From NCBI GenBank assembly GCA_039815185.1, contig JBCBZT010000016.1:32001-96000 (forward strand): 64,000 nucleotides of DNA. The letters are read 5' to 3'. Both the position numbers and the translations under genes were made by a program. The notes under the pieces are model-generated. The model saw nothing but the letters and a program-made list of their open reading frames with translations, had not been told where the DNA came from and made no database searches. This document shows positions 50,080-59,307 of the stretch, piece by piece. Positions within the stretch are counted from its first letter, which is position 1. Every line of letters starts with the position of its first letter. This DNA comes from Cyanobacteria bacterium P01_A01_bin.123 (GTDB lineage Bacteria; Cyanobacteriota; Cyanobacteriia; Phormidesmidales; Phormidesmidaceae).

Positions 50080-50562
50080 TCACTGTAGTTTAGTGTCTAC
50101 GGCGATCGCTTCTTCTACAAACTGCTGATTTTCATCCAAACACCAGCTTTTCAAATCCACTGGGTGTCCCTGTTCTACGGAAACAATGATGTAGGAATAG
50201 TCAGACCAGGCCAGGCGGCGATCGCATTCGGACGGCACCGCCGGATGATCGGGATGGGAATGATAGACCCCGATAATGTTCAGGCCGCGATCGCGGGCCT
50301 CCCGTTGAACCTGTAATAAAGCTTTAGGATCGATCCAATAACGGCGACGCCGATCAAAATCTGGTGCTTCGCCAAGCCCAGGTTCAGTCAGATCGCTAAC
50401 CTCAGCCGACCAGGTATTCTCCACTCGCACAACGTCTTCAACCTGTCTTGTCACTGCTTCAGGCACCAGCGTACCCAGTAGCAATCCACAGCATTCCTGG
50501 GGATACACCTCGATAGCATGGGTGCGAATGGTTTGACGTTGTAGCTCAGTGAGTATCAACAC
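50080..50562 (-). CDS. JAB/Mov34 (M67, Mec-like) metallopeptidase
   Basis: YPQECCGLLLG and YHSHPDHPAVPSECD JAMM motif. Confidence 0.9.
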   Translation of the reverse strand: MLILTELQRQTIRTHAIEVYPQECCGLLLGTLVPEAVTRQVEDVVRVENTWSAEVSDLTEPGLGEAPDFDRRRRYWIDPKALLQVQREARDRGLNIIGVYHSHPDHPAVPSECDRRLAWSDYSYIIVSVEQGHPVDLKSWCLDENQQFVEEAIAVDTKLQ

Positions 50563-50601
50563 GACTAGAGCAGCCTCGAATTCGGCAGTGGAGCAGGCTT
50601 T

Positions 50602-50707
50602 TTATAGCCGTAGCCACAAAGCTTTGTGCGCTAGGCGGGCCAGATTGCTTGTACGCTGAGCATCCCAGCAATACTAGGCGCATTAAGCAATCTGGCCCGC
50701 GCTATAA
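50602..50707. repeat. Miniature inverted-repeat element bounded by TTATAGC...GCTATAA
   Basis: 7-bp terminal inverted repeats; perfect 16-bp inner IR (50635-50650 / 50685-50700); palindrome CACAAAGCTTTGTG. Confidence 0.55.
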
Positions 50708-50754
50708 CTCAGGATACTTGCTGGAAGGGATTCAGAATGGCTCGAGGCACAACC

Positions 50755-51435
50755 TCAAAGACCGCCTTCGGAAGGCCATCGCAGCCAGTTAACTGCCTCA
50801 TCCAACGAGGAAAAAATATGGGCTGCGATCGCTTTTGACTCCGCCGATGGCGTTTGTAGATCCGGCACCATAATCACTGGAATTCCAGCCGCGTGGGCCG
50901 CCTTCACCCCCGCGTTAGAATCCTCAAACACCAGACAGTCTTGGGGTGCAACGCCTAATCTATCCAGGGCCATCAAAAAAATATCCGGGGCGGGTTTACC
51001 TGCCCCGGCTTGATCCACCGTCACAATCGTTTTGAAGCGGTGGAAAATACCTGCCGTCTTGAGACTCAAGTCTGCCTCTTTCCATTCGCTAGACGTGCCC
51101 ACGGCTTTAGGGATTTGATGCTGCTCCAAAAAATCTAGCAGTTCTAGCAGGCCAGGTTTGATAGCAACACCCGTAGTCTTCACCTGCTGTTCCCAAAACT
51201 CACCCCAAAGCTGACGAAACCGCAACACCGGGAAACCGTCGCCGTAGGTTTGGCAAAAAACGACCTCAACCTCCCGATTACTACGACCCACTAGGGAACC
51301 ATATAGCTCATCGCTAAGGCTATAGCCCAACGCCGCCCCCGCCCGTTGCCAAGCAGCCTTGAAGATCACCTCGCTATCCAGCATTAAGCCGTCCATGTCA
51401 AAAATGACGGCGGTGGGTAAGGAAGAAGACCACAT
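50755..51435 (-). CDS. HAD-superfamily phosphatase (beta-PGM/CbbY-like)
   Basis: FDMDG, GKPAPD, FEDS. Confidence 0.9.
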   Translation of the reverse strand: MWSSSLPTAVIFDMDGLMLDSEVIFKAAWQRAGAALGYSLSDELYGSLVGRSNREVEVVFCQTYGDGFPVLRFRQLWGEFWEQQVKTTGVAIKPGLLELLDFLEQHQIPKAVGTSSEWKEADLSLKTAGIFHRFKTIVTVDQAGAGKPAPDIFLMALDRLGVAPQDCLVFEDSNAGVKAAHAAGIPVIMVPDLQTPSAESKAIAAHIFSSLDEAVNWLRWPSEGGL

Positions 51436-51505
51436 AAGGAGTGGTTTAGGGTGTTGCTAACTAGGGCGAAATATATAAACCTGACGAGATCTCAAGACCC
51501 CGCAG

Positions 51506-51554
51506 GATCTCCTCGGCTAAAGCTACCCCCTTGTTAAGGGGGGTAGGGGGGATC
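51506..51554. repeat. Palindromic small dispersed repeat, copy 2
   Basis: GATCTCCTCGGCTAAAGCTACCCCCTTGTTAAGGGGGGTAGGGGGGATC, just after the pgk stop. Confidence 0.75.
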
Positions 51555-51564
51555 TCAATATTGG

Positions 51565-52770
51565 TTAAGCATCATCCAGGGCAGCAATCCCAGGAAGCAC
51601 CTTACCTTCCAGCAGTTCTAGGCTAGCGCCGCCACCAGTGGAAATGTGGCTCATCTTGTCAGCCACGCCAACCTTCTCAACTGCGGCCACCGAGTCGCCG
51701 CCGCCAATGATGGTGGTGGTGCCTTGACCTGTGAGGTCTGCTAGAGTAAACGCGATCGCTTCGGTGCCCTTAGCAAACTTGTCAAACTCAAATACTCCCA
51801 TGGGGCCGTTCCAAATCACGCTCTTACACTGACCTAGAGCGTCTTGGAAAACCTTAATAGAATCAGGGCCAATATCCAAGCCCATCCAACCGTCGGGGAT
51901 GGCATCCACGCTGACCGTTTCGGCATTGGCATCAGGAGCAAAGTTGTCGGCAACCACCACATCTGTCGGCAACAGCAAATCAACGCCTTTTTCCTTAGCC
52001 TTGACTTCCAAAGCCTTGGCCAATTCCAGCTTGTCTTCTTCCACCAAAGACTTACCGACACTGAGGCCACGCGCCTTGTAGAAAGTAAAGATCATACCGC
52101 CACCAATCAGCAGCTTATCGACCTTGTCTAATAGCGTCTCGATTACGCCAATCTTGCTGGACACCTTAGACCCACCCACAATAGCTGCCAAAGGTTTTTT
52201 GGGATTTTCAATAGCGTTTTGTAGGTACTCCAGCTCTTTTTCAATCAGGTAGCCCCCAACTGAAGGACTTAGATAAGCCGTTACTCCTGCGGTAGAGGCA
52301 TGGGCGCGGTGCGCAGTGCCAAAGGCATCATTGACGTAGAGATCGGCTACAGCAGCCAACTGCTTAGCAAATTCAGGGTCGTTACCTTCTTCTCCAGCGT
52401 AGAAGCGCACGTTTTCGAGCAAGGCAACCTGACCGTTTTCCATGCCGTTGACTGCGGCAGCGACGGCGTCCCCAACACAGTCATCGCACTTGATGACTGA
52501 CTGCCCGAGCAGTTCAGACAGGCGAGTCGTCACTGGGGTTAACCGCATGCTGTCGACCACCTTACCCTTGGGACGACCGAAGTGGCTGCAGAGCACAACC
52601 TTAGCGCCTTTACTGGTGAGATCTTGAATCGTCGGCAGGGCCGCCCGAATGCGGGTGTCATCAGTAATGTTGCCTTGATCGTCTAGGGGTACGTTAAAGT
52701 CAGCACGTACCAAGACTCGCTTGCCGGAAAGTTCGGCTGCGCCCAAGCTTGCCACAGTTTTTTTTGCCAC
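51565..52770 (-). CDS. pgk: Phosphoglycerate kinase
   Basis: [35 protein letters not shown] start after GGGAGG. Confidence 0.97.
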   Translation of the reverse strand: MAKKTVASLGAAELSGKRVLVRADFNVPLDDQGNITDDTRIRAALPTIQDLTSKGAKVVLCSHFGRPKGKVVDSMRLTPVTTRLSELLGQSVIKCDDCVGDAVAAAVNGMENGQVALLENVRFYAGEEGNDPEFAKQLAAVADLYVNDAFGTAHRAHASTAGVTAYLSPSVGGYLIEKELEYLQNAIENPKKPLAAIVGGSKVSSKIGVIETLLDKVDKLLIGGGMIFTFYKARGLSVGKSLVEEDKLELAKALEVKAKEKGVDLLLPTDVVVADNFAPDANAETVSVDAIPDGWMGLDIGPDSIKVFQDALGQCKSVIWNGPMGVFEFDKFAKGTEAIAFTLADLTGQGTTTIIGGGDSVAAVEKVGVADKMSHISTGGGASLELLEGKVLPGIAALDDA

Positions 52771-53012
52771 GGTCGTTAAACCTCCCAAATGCGTTTATTA
52801 CAATATGCACAGTTGACTCAGTTGCGGGGTATGGCTTCGTTTACCCTAGATTTCAGAGTCTCTTAAAAAGAGCTTCTTAGAGCGTCTCTCAGAACATGAC
52901 GCCGACGCAAGACCTGAGTCAGCCAAAATTTGATCAATACTGTTTGATCAATAGGTATTTAGACTCATCAATAGTATTTTACCGGAGTCTGTGATCTCCT
53001 CGGGTGAAACCC

Positions 53013-53423
53013 ATGTTTAAGACCATCCTTTTTCCTGTTGATATGAGTCCAGAAGCTCAGCAGGCAGCCAGTGTAACGGCAGAATTAGTCCAGCTACATC
53101 AAAGCAAGTTGATCATTGTCTCAGTGGTTGAGCAAGCGACCCCTGAGCAGCCGATAGCCCACCCTGAGCAAACTTCAACACAGGCAGTAGCAGCGCTGCT
53201 AGGCCAGGTCAAAGCCCTGTTTGCTGCTAAAGGAATTGCTTGTGAAACCATTGAACGGGAAGGACAACCCGCTTTTGTCATTTGTGATGTGGCTGACGAA
53301 ATTAACGCCGACTTGATTGTGATGGGCTGTCGCGGTATTGGGTTAATCGAAGATGCAAAAGCTGAAAGTGTGACCAATCGAGTCATTAACCTTTCCCCTT
53401 GCCCCATATTGGTAGTGCCATAA
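53013..53423 (+). CDS. Universal stress protein
   Basis: FKTILFPVD, ADLIVMGCRG, SV..RV....PCPILVVP. Confidence 0.9.
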   Translation: MFKTILFPVDMSPEAQQAASVTAELVQLHQSKLIIVSVVEQATPEQPIAHPEQTSTQAVAALLGQVKALFAAKGIACETIEREGQPAFVICDVADEINADLIVMGCRGIGLIEDAKAESVTNRVINLSPCPILVVP

Positions 53424-53579
53424 TCCGGAGTGGTGCTGTTTGCAGGTGTGGTTTATATGGGCAAGATGTCTGCATAACTTCAAAACGCTAGACATACCCC
53501 ATAGGTGCATTCGCCTGTTTTCTAGGACAGGCACGCCTCCGATTCAACTACAGACAAATCCAATAGGAAAAATTTTCGT

Positions 53580-54329
53580 ATGAAACGCTTTCACCGATTC
53601 TCTGCCCGCAAGTTTGGCGTCTTGTTCGCCTCTGTCTTGTTATCGACTGGGGGATTGGGCTTAATCACAACCCTGCCTAGCTTTGCCCAAGAAACCTTTG
53701 AATTAACCGGCACCCTTGTTCCTGCCGAAGATGAGTACCAGTTTGAAGGCGTCGGTGGACAAACGGTTTCAATTTCCATGACCAGCGAGGAATTTGACAC
53801 GTTGCTGGTGCTATTGGGGCCTGATGGTGAAGAAGTGGCGATGAATGACGATGACTATTTTGACCGTTCACTCAATTCCAAAATTGTCACGACTCTCCCC
53901 ACCGATGGAACCTACACCATTATTGCCAAATCTTTTGGTGGGCGAGGGGGTGACTATGTTGTCTCCGTACAACCGGCAACTGAGTTCGAAACTGCTTACG
54001 CTCAAGCGGTAACCCTAAGCTTGGATGGGGATTTACAAGGTGCGATCGCGGCCTATAGCGAAGCGATCGCCATTGACGATAGCCAACCTGCCGCTTATCT
54101 GAGTCGGGCTGAAGCCTATTTTAATGAAGCATACCAACGCCTAGGGGAAGATTTTGGTGGCCCTGAAGATCTTGCCGATGATGTTCGGGAAGCGATCGCT
54201 AGCGATTACGAAAGCGCTGCCGACATCTACGAAGCCCAAGGGGAGCCCGACTTTGCGATTTCTTTGCGAGACCAAGCTACCTACATCCGCACCGGCGAGT
54301 ATCCTGAGTATCCAGAATATCCAAGCTAA
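53580..54329 (+). CDS. Secreted PPC-domain + TPR protein
   Basis: Signal peptide ending SFA|Q; FDTLLVLLGPDG...NDD...GTYTI (PPC); GAIAAYSEAIAID (TPR). Confidence 0.75.
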   Translation: MKRFHRFSARKFGVLFASVLLSTGGLGLITTLPSFAQETFELTGTLVPAEDEYQFEGVGGQTVSISMTSEEFDTLLVLLGPDGEEVAMNDDDYFDRSLNSKIVTTLPTDGTYTIIAKSFGGRGGDYVVSVQPATEFETAYAQAVTLSLDGDLQGAIAAYSEAIAIDDSQPAAYLSRAEAYFNEAYQRLGEDFGGPEDLADDVREAIASDYESAADIYEAQGEPDFAISLRDQATYIRTGEYPEYPEYPS

Positions 54330-54357
54330 TCGGATTTTGAAGTACAATTCGCCGCAT

Positions 54358-55347
54358 TTATGCAGGAACCAAGCTATCTGACCATAGTTCCTTCATTTCT
54401 AACCAGTCTCGGCTAAACAACCGAGACTGGTAGCGAGCGCCACTGTCACAAAGAATCGTCACAATGGTGTGGCCCGGGCCAAGTTGTTTGGCCAGGGTCA
54501 CTGCTGCACCGACATTGATGCCAACGGATCCGCCCATAAATAGCCCGTCTTTATGCAGCAATTGATAGACCACCTGTAGCGCTTCCGGGTCTGCCACTTG
54601 GATAGCATCGTCAGCAGGTGCGCCCTGCATGTTGGCTGTAACCCGACCATTGCCAATGCCTTCAGTCACTGAGTTGCCTGTGATGCTAATTTCGCCAGTT
54701 TTAACGTAGCTGTAGAGGCCGCTCCCCATGGGGTCAGCGACGACGCATTTAAGATTAGGATTTTTTTCTTTGAGGAATAGAGCCGTTCCAGCGTAAGTGC
54801 CGCCGGTGCCCGTAGCGGCGACCCAAGCATCGACTTTACCGTCAGTTTGTGCCCAGATCTCAGGCCCGGTTGTTTCATAGTGGGCCCGGCGGTTGGCTAG
54901 GTTGTCAAATTGATTGGCCCAAATAGCGTTATCTAGTTCTTCAGCGAGGCGTCCAGACACTTTCACATAGTTCTCTGGGTTGCGATAAGGCACCGCGGGT
55001 ACGGTGCGTACTTCTGCTCCCAACGTCCGCAGCAGGTCAATTTTTTCCTGGGATTGGGTCTCCGGAATAATAATCAGGCAGCGATAGCCTTTGGCGTTGC
55101 AGATGTGGGCTAAGCCAATGCCCGTATTACCTGCGGTACCCTCCACAACCGTTCCGCCAGGTTTCAGCAGGCCTTTTTCTTCAGCGTCTTTGATGATGTA
55201 AAGTGCTGCCCGATCTTTCACTGACCCACCGGGATTCAGAAATTCTGCCTTACCTAAGATTTCGCAGCCCGTTGCTTCGCTAAAGCTGTTGAGTCGAATC
55301 AGAGGGGTATTGCCAACCGTGTCTACGAAACCTGCTTTGATATCCAT
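54358..55347 (-). CDS. cysK: Cysteine synthase family PLP enzyme
   Basis: GNTPL, NPGGSVKDR, GTAGNTG, GTGGT. Confidence 0.88.
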   Translation of the reverse strand: MDIKAGFVDTVGNTPLIRLNSFSEATGCEILGKAEFLNPGGSVKDRAALYIIKDAEEKGLLKPGGTVVEGTAGNTGIGLAHICNAKGYRCLIIIPETQSQEKIDLLRTLGAEVRTVPAVPYRNPENYVKVSGRLAEELDNAIWANQFDNLANRRAHYETTGPEIWAQTDGKVDAWVAATGTGGTYAGTALFLKEKNPNLKCVVADPMGSGLYSYVKTGEISITGNSVTEGIGNGRVTANMQGAPADDAIQVADPEALQVVYQLLHKDGLFMGGSVGINVGAAVTLAKQLGPGHTIVTILCDSGARYQSRLFSRDWLEMKELWSDSLVPA

Positions 55348-55538
55348 TGCCAACTGTTTACTCAAACCGTTTGGAGGTGGTCAATTGTTTTCTGGTCATT
55401 CCCTATCCTATCGGACGACACTCGTGAACTGAGCAATTCCACTTCTTCTAAGCCTACAAAAATCCAACCCATCCTCAATCGATCTTTCACCCCAGGGAAA
55501 ACCGTCCTGACCGGTGCGGTTCTCCGTCTCAGAAAGTC

Positions 55539-55556
55539 TTTACGATTCGTTACGAT
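55539..55556 (+). promoter_or_regulatory. HLR1-like direct repeat
   Basis: TTTACGAT-TC-GTTACGAT, one mismatch per octamer. Confidence 0.35.
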
Positions 55557-55568
55557 TGGAGCGAGCTA

Positions 55569-55694
55569 GGGCGTGTCATCAATTAAGCGCGAAAAGCTTT
55601 ATGGCTGAGCCTTGTCACGCCCGACCCAACTAAACGAGCTAGGGGCTGTACCGTTGTTCTAAAAGCAATGGACAATCTAATTGTTGACAGCCCC
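55569..55694. mobile_element. MITE (126 bp) with IS5-family-like ends
   Basis: Imperfect TIRs GGGCGTGTCATCAATTA / TAATTGTTGACAGCCCC (14 of 17), flanked by TA on both sides. Confidence 0.65.
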
Positions 55695-55772
55695 TATTGG
55701 TTCAGCTTCGCCTAAGGTTGATCCATCAGCAGTGAGATTAGGCCTTGTCGTAACAATCAAAAGAGGTGCCCC

Positions 55773-56900
55773 ATGAACAATAGTATTCGCGTGGGCAATT
55801 TGTTTGGAATTCCCTTTTATATCAATGTTTCCTGGTTTCTTGTGCTGGCTCTGGTGACCTGGAACTATGGCAGTGGGTTAGCCTACGGATTTCAATCTTT
55901 GACGGGGCTAACGCCTTGGCTGCTGGGGTTGGGCGCAGCATTGTTGCTGTTTTCCTCAGTCCTGGCCCATGAGCTGGGGCATAGCTTTGTCGCGATGAGT
56001 CAAGGCATTGGCGTACGTTCTATCACCCTGTTTTTGTTTGGTGGTTTAGCGTCTTTGGAGCGAGAGTCTGATTCACCCAGTGGAGCCTTTTGGGTTGCGA
56101 TCGCAGGCCCAGCTGTCAGCCTTGCCCTGTTCGGGTTGCTGACGGTGACTAATATTGTGCTGCCCCTCGCAGGCCCGTTGGCTGCCATTGTCAATTTGCT
56201 GGCTTACATCAATCTGATTTTGGCAACGTTTAACCTGATTCCGGGGTTGCCTTTAGATGGCGGTAATGTGCTGAAGGCTCTCGTTTGGAAAATAACAGGC
56301 AATCCTTACAAAGGCGTTGCCTTTGCCAGCCGCGTGGGTCAGTTTTTAGGGTGGACAGCCATCGTGTTTGGTGTGTTGTCTGTGTTAGGTCTCAGTGAAT
56401 TTGGCAGTATTTGGACAATGTTGATTGGGTTCTTCTTACTGCAAAATGCCAATCGAACGGCTCAGTTTGCAGATGTCCAATCCAAGCTGGATGGCCTCAC
56501 CGCCGCTGATGCCATCGTTCCCGACAGCCCCATCGTGCCCCAAGCTTCTACCCTCCGACAGTTTGCCGATCAGATCGTGCTGTCAGCGGGCAAGGGCTGG
56601 CGTAAATTTTTGGTCACTGACGATGCTGGTCAGCTCGTCGGGCTGCTTCAGCTTGACGCACTCAGGGACATCCCCAATAGCGAGTGGGGCAATATCTGGG
56701 TACGCGATCGCATGGAAGCCATCGGCAACCTAGAAACCGTCGAGTCTGATCAGCCATTAATGGATGTGGTTAAACTGCTAGAAGAAAAGCAGCTCCAGTC
56801 GCTGGCTGTGACTGAAGACAACGGCCTATTGTTAGGACTGTTAGAAAAGAGCTCCATTCGCGATTTGCTGCAGCGGAGAGCAAGTGAAACTCCGACTTAA
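55773..56900 (+). CDS. Site-2 protease (M50) with CBS domains
   Basis: HELGH, AGP, FNLIPGLPLDGG, C-terminal CBS pair. Confidence 0.92.
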   Translation: MNNSIRVGNLFGIPFYINVSWFLVLALVTWNYGSGLAYGFQSLTGLTPWLLGLGAALLLFSSVLAHELGHSFVAMSQGIGVRSITLFLFGGLASLERESDSPSGAFWVAIAGPAVSLALFGLLTVTNIVLPLAGPLAAIVNLLAYINLILATFNLIPGLPLDGGNVLKALVWKITGNPYKGVAFASRVGQFLGWTAIVFGVLSVLGLSEFGSIWTMLIGFFLLQNANRTAQFADVQSKLDGLTAADAIVPDSPIVPQASTLRQFADQIVLSAGKGWRKFLVTDDAGQLVGLLQLDALRDIPNSEWGNIWVRDRMEAIGNLETVESDQPLMDVVKLLEEKQLQSLAVTEDNGLLLGLLEKSSIRDLLQRRASETPT

Positions 56901-56928
56901 CTGTCGCAGTAGGAGATTAGAGGCCTAG

Positions 56929-56956
56929 CGGGAATGGGGAATTTACCCTATTCCCG
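56929..56956 (+). terminator. Possible terminator hairpin
   Basis: CGGGAATGGGG-AATTTA-CCCTATTCCCG, weak T tail. Confidence 0.45.
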
Positions 56957-57049
56957 TTGCTCATTTTCTGATAATGACTTAGATGGGCGTGGTCTAAACC
57001 GTTAAGGCTACAGCCACGATTGGTTTGGTATAGCTGGAGGCGTGAGGGC

Positions 57050-57787
57050 ATGTCCCTATGGATTTTAGGCGGGGCCAGTTTCGTGGCCTGGTTTATCAGC
57101 ATGTTGGCCGGGGGCGGTAGCCCTCTGGTACTCATCCCAATCGTGAGTGTTTTACTGGGTGCCCAAGCCGTTGCCCCGGTGATTACGCTGGGTATGTTGA
57201 TTGGCAATCTCCAACGAACAGTCGTCTTTCGCCAGGCCATTGATTGGCAGATCACGCGTTGGCAAATGCCTGGCGCTTTGTTCGGGGCCATATTGGGCAG
57301 CTATTTGTTTACCCAGATTCAGGCGGCATGGTTGCAGGGCCTCGTCGCGATCGCACTGCTGTTGATGGCCATAAATACTGGATTAGGTCGCGGAAAACTG
57401 GCAATTCCGATCAAAGCCTGGTATTTCATGCCCCTAGCAGCGTTCAATGCTGTGCTATCGGGCATTGTGGGCAGCACTGGCCCTGTGCTTAATCCGATTT
57501 ATTTGAGCTACGGTCTAGACAAAGAGACCTTAATTGCGACGAAGTCGGTCAATGTTGCCGCCATGCATGTTGTCAAGCTATTGACCTACCTGAGCTTAGG
57601 GGTGATGAATCCAACTTATTTGGTCTATGGCTTGGTTATTGGAGTGGCCGCCATTCCTGCTAACTGGCTCGGGCAACAGTTCCTTGAACGCATGAGCAGT
57701 GCGCAGTTTCGTCAGGTTGTATTGGGCTTTGTCGCCGTTAGTGGCATGTGGATGCTGTGGCAACAGCGATCGCTGGTGGTTTTTTAA
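57050..57787 (+). CDS. TauE/SafE family membrane protein
   Basis: AGGGS, GAILGS, SGIVGSTGP; multi-TM. Confidence 0.85.
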   Translation: MSLWILGGASFVAWFISMLAGGGSPLVLIPIVSVLLGAQAVAPVITLGMLIGNLQRTVVFRQAIDWQITRWQMPGALFGAILGSYLFTQIQAAWLQGLVAIALLLMAINTGLGRGKLAIPIKAWYFMPLAAFNAVLSGIVGSTGPVLNPIYLSYGLDKETLIATKSVNVAAMHVVKLLTYLSLGVMNPTYLVYGLVIGVAAIPANWLGQQFLERMSSAQFRQVVLGFVAVSGMWMLWQQRSLVVF

Positions 57788-57803
57788 CCCCTAAATTCCT
57801 TGC

Positions 57804-59087
57804 TCAAATCTCTTGTGACTGAGCTTCCTTGGGTTTCGCCAAATCTAACATCGCTTGTACATGGCAATATAGGGATTCCTCGTCTTCGCCATCAAGGTGT
57901 CGATCTTTGAGATCAATCAACCCTTGAGCTAAGACTTCGGCCTTAGGTTTGTAAACCGCATTGGCGTTGAGCAAATCGGCAAAGACTTCTTGCTCAATTG
58001 CTAAACGGTTGGCTTCTTGACTAAGCGGTGAGCCATAAGCAACTTCATCCACCTCATACTTCAACAAAAAGATCAGGGCACCGCTTAGCCCTTGCAAGTT
58101 TTTTTGCAGTTGACGGGTATCCAGTTCCAAACGGTCAAACCCCACCTGACCCGTTATCCGTAGTTCCACAATAGGGGCTGAGGCTGGGGTAATCTGGCCT
58201 GAAGCGATCGCGTCTTCCACCATCGCGATCGCACTTTGCTCTAATGTCTCCAGGGTTTCTTTCCCCTTAGCTGTCACCGTCAAGCGGACACAGGTGCGTT
58301 GATAATAATCCCGTTTCAGGGTTGCTTGAATCCCCTGAGAGGAAAATTCCACAAGATATACCCCCCGCTCGTACCCGCTCTCTTCAATGTTGTTGGCCTC
58401 TACAGATCCTGGATTAAAAATCCAGCCCGCCTCAGTATAGTTTTTATGGATATGGCCTAAAGCTAAATAATCTACCCCCGCTTCCTTTAAGGGCAACACC
58501 TCTCGATAACGTAGCGCGCCGGCATAGCGTGCGATTTGCCCCTCTAATCCATGGTGAAACATTAACACTGTATACCTTGGGCCACGGGGCAACGTTTGCA
58601 TTGCCGCCGCCATTTGCTCAATTGCTTGGGGCGCTGCCGCACCATACCAGTTTGCCCCCAAGACACGCACCCCACAGTCAAGGTCAATGTAACCTCCCCG
58701 CCGTCCATCCCAAGGAGAATAAAAGGGTTCCCCTTGAGCGATGTTACCGGGCTCAAGCAGGATTAACAGCCCCCAATCTGAAAGGTAGCGCAGCCAACTG
58801 GTCGCAGTGCCATAGGGACAGTTATCGTGGTTGCCCTCAATTGCCAACACCGGAATGTGAGCTGCTTGCAGTAACCGTAGACAAATCTGGGCCTGATTGA
58901 GGACTGCCGGTTGAATATTGCGATGTTCAAACAGGTCGCCAGCAATGATTACAAAATCTACCCCAGCGTCAATGGCGTGGCGTTGTAGGGCATCGCGGAG
59001 AGCCTTGAAGAAGTCCTTAGTACGCTCCGAATTATCGTAGCGATCAAAGCCTAAGTGAATATCTGCCAAATGAAGAAAACGGGGCAC
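57804..59087 (-). CDS. sbcD: SbcD/Mre11-like DNA repair exonuclease
   Basis: DIHLG, AGDLF, GNHD, LGHIH, NPGS. Confidence 0.82.
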   Translation of the reverse strand: MPRFLHLADIHLGFDRYDNSERTKDFFKALRDALQRHAIDAGVDFVIIAGDLFEHRNIQPAVLNQAQICLRLLQAAHIPVLAIEGNHDNCPYGTATSWLRYLSDWGLLILLEPGNIAQGEPFYSPWDGRRGGYIDLDCGVRVLGANWYGAAAPQAIEQMAAAMQTLPRGPRYTVLMFHHGLEGQIARYAGALRYREVLPLKEAGVDYLALGHIHKNYTEAGWIFNPGSVEANNIEESGYERGVYLVEFSSQGIQATLKRDYYQRTCVRLTVTAKGKETLETLEQSAIAMVEDAIASGQITPASAPIVELRITGQVGFDRLELDTRQLQKNLQGLSGALIFLLKYEVDEVAYGSPLSQEANRLAIEQEVFADLLNANAVYKPKAEVLAQGLIDLKDRHLDGEDEESLYCHVQAMLDLAKPKEAQSQEI

Positions 59088-59307
59088 AAGGGCAATCTTC
59101 AGATTAACAACAACAAAAAGCCTAGGTTACCGCGCCTTTAAACCTTAGCTAACTTTTGGAATAACTTGAATCGAGAAGCAGCCCCTGAGTATGACCCAGA
59201 AATCATGAAAGAATCCAGGAGACTTGTTGTTTCAGAATCAAAGGGCTGAGCAAAAGCTATTCTGGCACATAATTCCTCGCTTCTGACTCATGCCAAAGTC
59301 AGTCCAA

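Noticed and set aside
52860..52900. Hammerhead ribozyme in the pgk leader
   Set aside because: CTGAGAG does not match the CUGANGA core
56917..57291. 124-aa minus-strand ORF
   Set aside because: Antisense to the TauE gene with no motifs
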